Origin: a virus
Virus record (IMG/VR): IMGVR_UViG_3300030320_000049
Length of the DNA stretch: 64,000 nucleotides
Reading direction: 5' to 3' (one strand)
The notes under the pieces are model-generated. The model saw only the letters and a list, made by a program, of their open reading frames with translations. It was not told the origin of the DNA and did no database searches. Both the position numbers and the translations under genes were made by a program. Position 1 is the stretch's first letter; every line of letters starts with the position of its first letter. Below, one piece after another: positions 1 through 7,855 of the stretch.

Positions 1-213
1 TGACTGATTTCCGGTATTGGTTGCCGCTGACTGATATCCGGTATTGGTTGCCGCTGACTGATATCCGGTATTGGTTGCCGCTGACCGATTTCCGGTATTG
101 GTTGCCGCTGACCAATTTCCGGTATTGGTTGCCGCTGACTGATTTCCGGTATTGGTTGCCGCTGACTGATATCCGGTATTGGTTGCCGCTGACTGATATC
201 CGGTATTGGTTGC
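1..213. repeat. 27-bp tandem repeat, about 8 units (ctgactgatWtccggtattggttgccg)
   Basis: Direct reading. The period of 27 nt equals 9 codons. Units differ only at the codons for two residues (Y/N and Q/R/W on the minus-strand frame). Confidence 0.95.
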
Positions 214-537
214 ATTATCATTTTTCCAATCAACTTGCTCTTTGATGTATTCAACGCCAGCTTTGATGATTCCCGCAATTCCAATTTCTGCTTTCACGGA
301 AATTTTCTTCCCAACTCTCTTACTATCATCATGTGATTTCTGATCGTTCGCTTCAAGATCAACTTCACAATATCTGGAATATGAAGGAGGATAATAATTA
401 AATACATCCATCGGGAATTCGCAGGCATGGAATCCATAATTACAAATGTCTGCTTTTTCTTCTGTGTATTTTTTTCCAATTTCATACTGGAAATCTCTGC
501 ACTTTAAGTCTTTGTCAAATCCTTTAAAACATTTCAT
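1..537 (-). CDS. DUF7666-like protein with nonapeptide tandem repeats (SAATNTGxx); 3' end runs off the window
   Basis: Own minus-strand translation from ATG 537..535: MKCFKGFDKDLKCRDFQYEIGKKYTEEKADICNYGFHACEFPMDVFNYYPP...DWKNDNATNTGYQSAATNTGYQ... The frame is open to position 1. ATGA overlap with the stop of 534..722. Missing from the ORF track because there is no stop in the window. Family name from memory. Confidence 0.7.
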   Translation of the reverse strand, partial: MKCFKGFDKDLKCRDFQYEIGKKYTEEKADICNYGFHACEFPMDVFNYYPPSYSRYCEVDLEANDQKSHDDSKRVGKKISVKAEIGIAGIIKAGVEYIKEQVDWKNDNATNTGYQSAATNTGYQSAATNTGNQSAATNTGNWSAATNTGNRSAATNTGYQSAATNTGYQSAATNTGNQS

Positions 538-722
538 TTTTCCTTTTCCTCCTTCGATTCTTCTACATCAAGCCCAAGCATTCTGAATGCCATGTCCTTT
601 GTGAAATCATAATCTGTCACGCTATTCGCCCAAGCTTCAAATGCCTTTAATCTTCCAACCAGAAGTGCATATTCCTCATTAGCGTTCTCTGGAATATAAT
701 CTGTGCTCTTAGTTTCTTCCAT
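534..722 (-). CDS. hypothetical protein (62 aa)
   Basis: Track ORF packed head-to-tail with its neighbours; AGGAGG-like RBS upstream. Confidence 0.6.
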   Translation of the reverse strand: MEETKSTDYIPENANEEYALLVGRLKAFEAWANSVTDYDFTKDMAFRMLGLDVEESKEEKEK

Positions 723-724
723 TA

Positions 725-1015
725 CTAGTCCTCCTTATCTTTTGTTCCAAATGTTTTAAGCATTTCTTCCAGAAGCGAAATAAACGGAATAATTGCATCT
801 ACCTGTTTGAACTTTTCCTTGATTTCTTTGTCAAGTTCTTCCTCGTTCATAAGGCCATGCTCAAACGAATGTCTAAGCTGCTCTTTTACTTCTTCCTCTT
901 CTCCACCATCTTTTACGAACATCTCTTTAATTTCATGTGTAATAACTGCATACTCTGAAAGGATATCAATCCCTTTACCAGAAATGTTAACTAATCCGTT
1001 TTCAAATTTAATCAT
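725..1015 (-). CDS. hypothetical acidic protein (96 aa)
   Basis: Track ORF; RBS aggaggaaaaac precedes the ATG; tight operon packing. Confidence 0.6.
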   Translation of the reverse strand: MIKFENGLVNISGKGIDILSEYAVITHEIKEMFVKDGGEEEEVKEQLRHSFEHGLMNEEELDKEIKEKFKQVDAIIPFISLLEEMLKTFGTKDKED

Positions 1016-1055
1016 TGTTTTTCCTCCCTATTTTCTTTTATTCTCTCCCTCTGAA

Positions 1056-1064
1056 TGGTATAAT
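1056..1064 (+). promoter_or_regulatory. extended -10 promoter element TGgTATAAT
   Basis: tggtataat lies about 26 nt upstream of the ATG at 1090. Confidence 0.4.
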
Positions 1065-1089
1065 GTGTTCAGAAAGGAGGTGTGTTAAA

Positions 1090-1314
1090 ATGTTTCTACA
1101 AATAAAAGTTTCTTGTAACTGTCGTTGTAGCTACTACTTGAATGAAGCAATAAGTGCGGATAAAATTTCGTGTCCAAACTGTGGCAAAGAACATCCGTAT
1201 TCAAAAGAAATTCTTTCAATGCTTCACACTGCAAAAGAAATTCAAGATGTAACTGACAGCACAGATGCTTTAGGTGTTAATACCATTAGTACCACTGTTA
1301 TTCCTTTGGTGTAA
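1090..1314 (+). CDS. small zinc-ribbon protein (74 aa; CNC...CPNCG)
   Basis: Internal ATG of track ORF 1015..1314, preceded by gaaaggaggtgtgttaaa. Has two Cys pairs. Confidence 0.55.
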   Translation: MFLQIKVSCNCRCSYYLNEAISADKISCPNCGKEHPYSKEILSMLHTAKEIQDVTDSTDALGVNTISTTVIPLV

Positions 1315-1516
1315 TATATGAAGCTCCTTCAACGACCAACTTCATAAATTCCAAAAAACCTTTTGCTTCGGTAACGGACAGATGGCATTCGGCAATTTCA
1401 TCCTTTACCTTTTTGTAAAGTTCATCTGCTTTCTGTCCGTTTCTTCTTCTGAACTCTAAATATTTCTGTCCCTCATAACTTGACAACTTTTGATTTAAAT
1501 ATTCTTCAACATTCAT
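1298..1516 (-). CDS. hypothetical protein (72 aa)
   Basis: Track ORF; RBS ggggaggaaaaac upstream. Confidence 0.55.
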   Translation of the reverse strand: MNVEEYLNQKLSSYEGQKYLEFRRRNGQKADELYKKVKDEIAECHLSVTEAKGFLEFMKLVVEGASYITPKE

Positions 1517-1531
1517 TATGTTTTTCCTCCC

Positions 1532-2305
1532 CTAACTTGCCATTTCATTTCCCAAAAACTTGTTAATAAAATACAGTTGTCCTTTTCCAGTAACTTTTGT
1601 GGTTCTCGTTACTCTGACACTTCCGTCTGGATTCTGAACACTGGATTCCTTAACTTCAAATAGCCCTTGTTCAATGTATCTCTGCATTGGCATATTGTAA
1701 CTTGCACCAGACTTCATCAGATATCCATTTTCTCGCATCCACTGGAATAATCTCTTCTGTCCTGTCTGGACACCGTTCTGACAAATTAACTTTGCGAGGT
1801 CTCCAATAAGGATTGAAGTGTGACTGGTTGACACTGCATCGGCAAAAATTGTCTTTGGTCTGTCGGCTTCGATTTTTGCTTTCTGCTGTTCAATGATCTG
1901 GTTCTTATGTTCAATAGTCTTTTGTGCTACCAGAATTGCTTTCGCCATCAATTCTTCATCAGAAAGAGTTTCTTGTCCTAAAATGTAACCGCCATGCTTG
2001 CGAATGGATGGTAGGACTTCATCTGTCACCCAATCTGTAAAACGTTGTGCTGATTCTTTTCGGCTTTGGAATATTGTTTTGTACAAATTAGCTTCATTGA
2101 TGTACAGAAGTTTCTGGTTTCCACCTTTTGTAAGGGTATCCATAGTACGGATACCCTTTTCGGATAACCGTTGTTTTACATTTCCAACATTTGTTATCTC
2201 CAACGCTCTGCAAACATCAGATAAACAAAACATTGGTTCGTTTTCAACCATTACTGTCCGAATATCTCCGAACTCTGGCGAATTAAAAATCTGTAATTCG
2301 TTCAT
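1532..2305 (-). CDS. phage antirepressor, Bro-N domain plus KilAC/ANT C-terminal domain
   Basis: N-terminus MNELQIFNSPEFGDIRTVMVENEPMFCLSDVCRALE...FTDWVTDEVLPSIRKHGGYI is a typical Bro-N sequence. The C-terminus ...LFQWMRENGYLMK... is KilAC-like. Confidence 0.85.
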   Translation of the reverse strand: MNELQIFNSPEFGDIRTVMVENEPMFCLSDVCRALEITNVGNVKQRLSEKGIRTMDTLTKGGNQKLLYINEANLYKTIFQSRKESAQRFTDWVTDEVLPSIRKHGGYILGQETLSDEELMAKAILVAQKTIEHKNQIIEQQKAKIEADRPKTIFADAVSTSHTSILIGDLAKLICQNGVQTGQKRLFQWMRENGYLMKSGASYNMPMQRYIEQGLFEVKESSVQNPDGSVRVTRTTKVTGKGQLYFINKFLGNEMAS

Positions 2306-2319
2306 TAGTCTCCTTTCTG

Positions 2320-2328
2320 TGATATAAT
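2320..2328 (+). promoter_or_regulatory. extended -10 promoter element TGaTATAAT
   Basis: tgatataat lies 26 nt upstream of the ATG at 2354. Confidence 0.4.
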
Positions 2329-2353
2329 CTCCTTTAGGAAGGAGGTGTTAATA

Positions 2354-2566
2354 ATGGATAACTTTCAAATTGCTCACGACTTGGCTGTTGCCAAACTTTA
2401 TTCTGAGCTTCTAGGGAATTTAGATGATTCTCATATCTGTCAAAAATATTTTAAATATCGTACAGATTTTTCCAAACTTCTCAATTCCCATGATGAGAAT
2501 TACTTTCTTAACGAGTTGGATAAAAAGAAAGTAAACAATTGTTCTTCTACCAAACGACCATTTTAA
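2354..2566 (+). CDS. hypothetical protein (70 aa)
   Basis: ATG inside track ORF 2345..2566, preceded by aggaaggaggtg. Confidence 0.45.
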   Translation: MDNFQIAHDLAVAKLYSELLGNLDDSHICQKYFKYRTDFSKLLNSHDENYFLNELDKKKVNNCSSTKRPF

Positions 2567-2820
2567 CCTTTAGATGTGCTCTGTGTTGTCTTTGCAATAT
2601 AGAGTACATCATCAAAAAAAAACTGTACCTTGTAGTCCATGCCATTTTCTTCCCACTTAAGTTCCATAATTGAATCTTTATCGAAAGAAATTTTTTCGTA
2701 TATACCGGAAGGCATACGTAACTCTGTTCCGTTTTTGAACTTCACAATAGTCTCGCTAGGAATATTCACTTTCTCACCTCCATTAAGAATTTTCTTTTTT
2801 ATCAGATTCTTCATCTTCAA
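2563..2820 (-). CDS. hypothetical protein (85 aa)
   Basis: Track ORF immediately downstream of the Cro-like gene. Confidence 0.55.
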   Translation of the reverse strand: MKMKNLIKKKILNGGEKVNIPSETIVKFKNGTELRMPSGIYEKISFDKDSIMELKWEENGMDYKVQFFFDDVLYIAKTTQSTSKG

Positions 2821-3025
2821 TAAAATCAGCTACTGAAATGCCAAAAAACTTTGCGAGCAAAGATAATTTATCGAGTTTCAAGTTGTAATCCCCGCGGCTC
2901 CATTGCGTAAATACAGCAGTAGAAATTCCAGTTCCAACAGAAACTTGGTATTCAGATAAGTTTGCTTTTTCTCTTAACTCTTTGAATTTTTGATAAGCAT
3001 AAGATTTGTTTTCTAGTTCTTGCAA
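2783..3025 (-). CDS. XRE-family HTH regulator (Cro-like side of the switch)
   Basis: ...LREKANLSEYQVSVGTGISTAVFTQWSRGDYNLKLDKLSLLAKFFGISVADF is an HTH_3 pattern. Divergent from the 3257..3601 HTH gene. Confidence 0.8.
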   Translation of the reverse strand: MQELENKSYAYQKFKELREKANLSEYQVSVGTGISTAVFTQWSRGDYNLKLDKLSLLAKFFGISVADFIEDEESDKKENS

Positions 3026-3066
3026 AATTGCATCTCCTTTCTTTCAGATATTTTATATAGATAGTA

Positions 3067-3239
3067 TTGACAATAACTAAGTTTTCTTATATAATCATAA
3101 TTGCGAGTTAAAATTAAATAAGTTTCTTAGTTGTTGCCATGCTATCTTTTTTTGTTTCTCTTGCTAAGATTTCTTAGCTTGTATAAAGAATATCATAGTT
3201 TTCTTAGTATGTCAACAATTATTTATTAAGTTTTCTTAA
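3067..3239. promoter_or_regulatory. genetic-switch intergenic region: consensus promoter plus five TAAG-N3/4-CTTA operator-like sites
   Basis: TTGACA 3067..3072, 17-nt spacer, TATAAT 3090..3095 (+). Operator-like sites at 3078..3089, 3119..3129, 3164..3177, 3195..3207 and 3226..3239. Confidence 0.6.
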
Positions 3240-3256
3240 TTTTGATAGGAGAAAAT

Positions 3257-3601
3257 ATGTACTACGAAAATTTTGATCTTCTTTGCAAGAAAAATAATGT
3301 AAAACCAAGTGATGTTTCTAAAAGCACCCAAATCTCTACAGCAACTCTTTCTAGTTGGAAAAAAGGTACTTATACCCCAAAGCAAGATAAATTACAGAAA
3401 ATTGCAGATTATTTTAAAGTATCGGTGGATTATTTGATGACTGGAGAAAATGTTATCGAAGAATTTTCAGATGAATCAGCAAGTTTGGTATTTCAGATAA
3501 GAAAGGACTTAGAGCTATCCGAAGCATTAAGAAAATATTTTAAGTTATCAGATGTTAAAAAGAAACATGTGGTGGAATTGATTAATTTGTTGAGTGAATA
3601 A
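3257..3601 (+). CDS. XRE-family HTH repressor (CI-like side of the switch)
   Basis: MYYENFDLLCKKNNVKPSDVSKSTQISTATLSSWKKGTYTPKQDKLQKIADYFKVSVDYLM. RBS ataggagaaaat upstream. Confidence 0.75.
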   Translation: MYYENFDLLCKKNNVKPSDVSKSTQISTATLSSWKKGTYTPKQDKLQKIADYFKVSVDYLMTGENVIEEFSDESASLVFQIRKDLELSEALRKYFKLSDVKKKHVVELINLLSE

Positions 3602-3611
3602 AGGAGAAAGT

Positions 3612-3992
3612 ATGTATAATTACGAAGATTTGTACAATATTGCAATGAAGCAGATTTCAAGTCAAGAAATTGAGCCTTTACCAATAACATACGCATATTC
3701 GGATACGCAATTTGAGATACTAGTAAAGTACATCAAGGAGTTTGAAGAAAGTTTAGATTCTGAACATGAAGTCGGACTTCTTTTAACCAACTTTGGTAAA
3801 ACTGTTACAATGCAGGTTACTGAAATCAGCTATGAGAAGTCCGTACTAATGATTTTTAAAGGTTATGTAGATGGGCGAATGTCAACATTAATTCAGCATA
3901 TCAGCCAATTAAATTTTTTGCTTACGTCATTGCCTAAAGATGATTCTCGTCCGAAACAACACATTGGCTTTGTCGTTCCAACTTCTGAATAG
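3612..3992 (+). CDS. hypothetical protein co-transcribed with the repressor (126 aa)
   Basis: ATG preceded by aaggagaaagt, inside track ORF 3594..3992. Confidence 0.6.
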   Translation: MYNYEDLYNIAMKQISSQEIEPLPITYAYSDTQFEILVKYIKEFEESLDSEHEVGLLLTNFGKTVTMQVTEISYEKSVLMIFKGYVDGRMSTLIQHISQLNFLLTSLPKDDSRPKQHIGFVVPTSE

Positions 3993-4155
3993 TTTTTTGC
4001 AATTCTTGAATCATATTTGCCTGTATTCCAAGCAAGTTAATAACTGAATAAACAAGTGAAGCGGATGGAAGACCCTCTTTATTTTGAGGGTCTTTTATTT
4101 CTTCTAAAATCTTTTTCTGCTGGTCTTCTGTATATATTAAATCTCTACTATTCAT
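3934..4155 (-). CDS. hypothetical protein (73 aa)
   Basis: Track ORF; RBS aaaggaggaaaacaaaa upstream. Its 3' end overlaps the convergent gene 3612..3992. Confidence 0.5.
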   Translation of the reverse strand: MNSRDLIYTEDQQKKILEEIKDPQNKEGLPSASLVYSVINLLGIQANMIQELQKTIQKLERQSQCVVSDENHL

Positions 4156-4264
4156 TTTTGTTTTCCTCCTTTAATATGTCAGAAATAATAATATAAATGT
4201 ATCGTAAAATCTGATCCACTTTTATTTTGTCAAGCATCTCAATAATTTCTTTCTTGTAATCCAC
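4148..4264 (-). CDS. possible small ORF (38 aa, GTG start)
   Basis: Own translation VDYKKEIIEMLDKIKVDQILRYIYIIISDILKEENKNE. RBS gggaggg upstream. The stop overlaps the next ATG. Confidence 0.3.
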   Translation of the reverse strand: MDYKKEIIEMLDKIKVDQILRYIYIIISDILKEENKNE

Positions 4265-4309
4265 GTAAATCCCTCCCAATAGCCCAAACATTTGTTCTTA
4301 TTTATTAAA

Positions 4310-4666
4310 TTATATCATGTTATCATAACCATATACTGGGATAGAATTGTTTCCGATTAAATCTTTCCTAGGAAGCTGGTTTCTTCTAATTTTTTGATGA
4401 ATTATAAGTTTTTTTGTGTAAATATTGTGATTTTTGCTTTTCCAAATCGTAATAATAATAGATAGAAATAAAGGGGCTGGATGCTTGTCAGTGAGGGATT
4501 TATAGCGCTCATGGCCAACCTGTTTTACCTCTGCTTTTGCAATTGCGATAGTTTTACCCCTCCCAAAGATAATACTACGCTCCGGGCAGAAGTAAACATA
4601 TTGAATCAAGAGCACATGCACGAATATCAGTATAAACACAATTATGATTTTTTTATGTTTCTCCAT
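4310..4666 (-). CDS. membrane-anchored or secreted hypothetical protein (118 aa)
   Basis: Hydrophobic N-terminus KKIIIVFILIFVHVLLI; RBS aagggggtgg upstream. Confidence 0.55.
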   Translation of the reverse strand: MEKHKKIIIVFILIFVHVLLIQYVYFCPERSIIFGRGKTIAIAKAEVKQVGHERYKSLTDKHPAPLFLSIIITIWKSKNHNIYTKKLIIHQKIRRNQLPRKDLIGNNSIPVYGYDNMI

Positions 4667-4787
4667 GAATCCACCCCCTTTACACTATCATCTTAATGTA
4701 TTACAATAACATTGTATCAAAAAATATACAATTACACAGGAAATGGCGAAATCAGCACATGCAGCGACGAATTTCGCACAAAAAGGG

Positions 4788-5498
4788 ATGATTTTTTTGA
4801 GGATTGCAATATGTGATGACAACGAATTACAAATTGAGATTTTTAAAACCAGAATGGACGGTTTTCTTCGTAGAAATGGGGACAGTGGATGCACGATTAC
4901 GGCATATACCACCGGGAAACCTCTTATTGATGATGTAAATGACGGCGTATGGTACGACATAATTGTGCTGGATATTATGTTGAAAGATGAAAATGGAATT
5001 GATGTTGCCCGGCATCTTAGAAAGAATGGATATGTAGGTAATATCACCTTTTGGACAGCCCACAAGGAATATGTGTTTGATGCTCTGGATATCCTTCCTG
5101 TTCACTATATCATAAAAGGCTCGGAAGATGGAAGAATGTATGGTGTAGTCAACAGGGAACTGGAAAATATCCATGATAAAACGCTGACTGTAAAGAACAA
5201 GGATTATTTCCACAGGGTTGGTTTCTGCCATATTGAATATATTGAAAGTCGCAATAAATACATCACTATCCATTGTACCTGTGGTATCACTCATATGCAG
5301 AGAGGGAAACTTTCGGACGTTGAAAAGCAACTGGACAGACGGTTTTTACGCTGCCACCAAAGTTACATTGTCAACATGGATGAAGTCTGGGAACTTCGTG
5401 CTGATTTCAGAATGGTATCTGGAGATGTGGTTCCGATTAGGAGAAAAGACCTTTCGGCGATCAGAAAACTTTATGAAGGCTATATTGCATTTAAGTAG
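4788..5498 (+). CDS. LytTR-family response regulator (REC + LytTR), orphan
   Basis: REC residues are present (ICDDN, IIVLDIML, FWTAH, YIIKG). LytTR domain ...HIEYIESRNKYITIHCTCG...FLRCHQSYIVNMDEV. The start could also be 4743 or a TTG at 4797. Confidence 0.85.
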   Translation: MIFLRIAICDDNELQIEIFKTRMDGFLRRNGDSGCTITAYTTGKPLIDDVNDGVWYDIIVLDIMLKDENGIDVARHLRKNGYVGNITFWTAHKEYVFDALDILPVHYIIKGSEDGRMYGVVNRELENIHDKTLTVKNKDYFHRVGFCHIEYIESRNKYITIHCTCGITHMQRGKLSDVEKQLDRRFLRCHQSYIVNMDEVWELRADFRMVSGDVVPIRRKDLSAIRKLYEGYIAFK

Positions 5499-5527
5499 CT
5501 CCCGGGAAAACCCCGGGAGTGTTTTTG
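5499..5527. terminator. bidirectional intrinsic terminator between convergent genes
   Basis: Stem ctcccggg / cccgggag followed by a T-run. Confidence 0.7.
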
Positions 5528-6334
5528 TTATTTAAGAAGTTTGTTTACTGCATTCTGCACTTCTGTGTAATTGTAGCCAGCTGATTCCAGACGGTCTCGT
5601 CTATCCTGTCCGTTTCCCCACTCGCCGTTAATTACCTCTTTTGCTACCTTGGCTACACTTTTCTTTGCAGTCACGGAATACACAGCTTTTCCATTCCAAT
5701 CAAAAACAGAATAACCGGCTTTGCAAGCTTTCTTTGCATTTTTGAGTGACTTGTACGCCCCGATCTGGCTCTTGGAATCCTTCCAGGTCTTGCGGACACG
5801 GTAATACTTATCAACCTTTACAGTCGGCTTTGTGGTTGGCACTGCCACGGTTTCAACAGAAATAAGCTTCTTGAATCTATCCCAGTCACCTTTTCCGCGT
5901 ATAACAGATGGACAATTCTTAGCGCACACATCGTAATGTTGCACTACTCGGAATGCCGGGATATTGTACTTTCTCATCAGTTGCTTGCATACATCAACGG
6001 TATTCTGGTATGCTTTTTCGTAATTGCAACCGGCATTCATGCACATTTCAATTCCAATAGAGTTGTGATTGTTTACAGTTCCAAAAAGCTTACCGCCGTA
6101 ATTTACTCCAACGTGCCATGCCCCGCGATTATACGGCAAAGCTTGGTATGCTGATTTATCGTCAACGAATACGTGGGCTGAATAGCCATGAAAATTGCCA
6201 TTATGCTGTGCGGTGGCGTGTGCCTTAGCATCTGCTGTCTTGGCGATATTATCTGTATTGTGGATGACAATATACCGAGGTGTTTGTCCTGCGTAGCTAT
6301 TATTGTTGCTGATTAATGAGGTATTGATATTCAT
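5528..6334 (-). CDS. endolysin: N-acetylmuramoyl-L-alanine amidase (Amidase_2/PGRP) with C-terminal CW_7 (Cpl-7) repeat
   Basis: PRYIVIHNTDN...AHVFVDD...AWHVG...NSIGIEMC. C-terminus VINGEWGNGQDRRDRLESAGYNYTEVQNAVNKLL matches the CW_7 pattern. Confidence 0.9.
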   Translation of the reverse strand: MNINTSLISNNNSYAGQTPRYIVIHNTDNIAKTADAKAHATAQHNGNFHGYSAHVFVDDKSAYQALPYNRGAWHVGVNYGGKLFGTVNNHNSIGIEMCMNAGCNYEKAYQNTVDVCKQLMRKYNIPAFRVVQHYDVCAKNCPSVIRGKGDWDRFKKLISVETVAVPTTKPTVKVDKYYRVRKTWKDSKSQIGAYKSLKNAKKACKAGYSVFDWNGKAVYSVTAKKSVAKVAKEVINGEWGNGQDRRDRLESAGYNYTEVQNAVNKLLK

Positions 6335-6371
6335 GTATGGTCTCCTTTCATTATTGAGGTTAAAAAGTGCA

Positions 6372-6398
6372 TAATAAAAAGCACCCCAAATGGGATGC
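6372..6398 (-). terminator. intrinsic terminator after the recombinase gene
   Basis: Minus strand GCAUCCC-AUUU-GGGGUGC followed by UUUUUAUU. Confidence 0.65.
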
Positions 6399-6415
6399 TC
6401 TTTAGCATAAACTCT

Positions 6416-7418
6416 TTATCCTATATATTTACGGTGATTATACTTCACATCTTCATTTTTTACTTTTGCGTATACCATAGTGGTATTTACACTAACATGG
6501 CCAAGCATTCTCTGGACATCAGTAACAGGAATTGATTTTTGAAGCATATCTGTGGCAACTGTATGTCTAAATAAGTGCGGAAATAGCTCTCTTCCAATAT
6601 CAGAGCGTTTTCCGAGGTTCCTTATAACTCTCTCGATAGCTTCTTTCTTTAAAGAATTGTGTGGCTTTCTTTCCGATACGAAAAGATATTCGGATTTATC
6701 ATCTCTGCTATTTAGATATTCGGAAAGATACAAGGCGCACTTTGCTGTAATGTATGATTTCCTGTGCTTACTTCCTTTTCCAAACAGCCATACTTCTCCT
6801 TTTTCAAAGTCCACATCAGAAATCTTAATTGTGCAAGCTTCCGTAACCCTGGCACCAGTACCGTACAAAAACTCTACCAATGCTTTTTCCCTAACGTTTT
6901 TGTAAGCCATTCGGACTTTTTCCAATTCAATAGCCGTAAGTCCTTCTCGTTCTTTTCTCTCGTACTTAATAACTTTTATTGCTCTGCAAGGATTCATCCC
7001 GATATACCCCTCATTTGCAGCCCACTCGAAAAAATCCGCTGATATTGTGCGGCAAGGTTTCAAGATAAGCCAGCGATATTTTCCGCTGTTCCTGGTACAT
7101 AGCCAAGTAGTATCTGAGATTGTAGGTAGTAATCTCATGCAGTGGCTTACAGATCTCATGTATCATCATGTAACACGTATCGTAGTACCTTTTGATAGTA
7201 GATTCCGCTTTTCCCTCAATTCGCTTGGTTGCTATATATTTTGCCAGCATACTGTCTGGAGTATTGTCCACTACCGTTAGTTCTGTGCTTCTCTCCTGCA
7301 CTTCGTAACTGTTCAGTTGAATACAGAGTTCATCCTGTACTGCCTGGAGCTGTTGATCATCTAATAGAGATTGCACCGCCAGCAATACATTGTTAATAAA
7401 CGTATTTCGTATATCCAT
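6416..7418 (-). pseudogene. XerC/D-like tyrosine recombinase interrupted by a 1-nt frameshift in an A6/T6 run
   Basis: Track ORFs 7011..7478 (SAM-like N domain, true start MDIRNT at 7418 with a ggagga RBS) and 6416..7159 (catalytic domain ...LFRHTVATDML...LGHVSVNTTMVYAKV) overlap in different frames. Removing one T at 7029..7034 joins ...NISGFF to EWAANEGYI. Confidence 0.85.
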
Positions 7419-7472
7419 AACCTTTATTCCTCCTTCTGCTTTATTGTAGCATCCGGAGGAAAGAAGGTCGCA

Positions 7473-7698
7473 AAACACGAAGTATACGAATGAAGTTTTA
7501 ACGTGTTCAGCAGGAGTGGTTAGAGAATATACATTTCCAAACCTGCCAGAACATAAAATATCATTTCCTGTTCTTATTGGTGCAAGTTCTAATATAGCTG
7601 GTTGCGTTGTTGCAAGAGACGTAAGTATTACTGGGAAAATAAAAGTATATAGTCCAATTCAACAAGATGTCCAAGTATTGCTTATTATGCTCAATTAA
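7473..7698 (+). other. start-less inverted ORF: candidate alternative tail-fibre C-terminal cassette
   Basis: The frame is open from 7450 with no plausible start. It shares the in-phase 9-mer AAACACGAA (7473..7481) with the tail-fibre gene (8144..8136). Confidence 0.4.
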
Positions 7699-7855
7699 AC
7701 TTTCCGGAATTTGCAATTTCATCTTGAACATATACAGTTAGATGGCAATACAGTAGTGATTGGGCAACATTTGTTGATACTTGTAGATTATATACAAAGA
7801 AACGTAAATGCAGCTGATTGTCAACAGCATTAAAAACATAGAGTGTAACGTGGCT

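Noticed and set aside
1-213. The regular 27-bp repeats could be mistaken for a CRISPR array.
   Set aside because: The units are directly tandem with no spacers, and they lie in frame inside an open minus-strand ORF (nonapeptide repeats).
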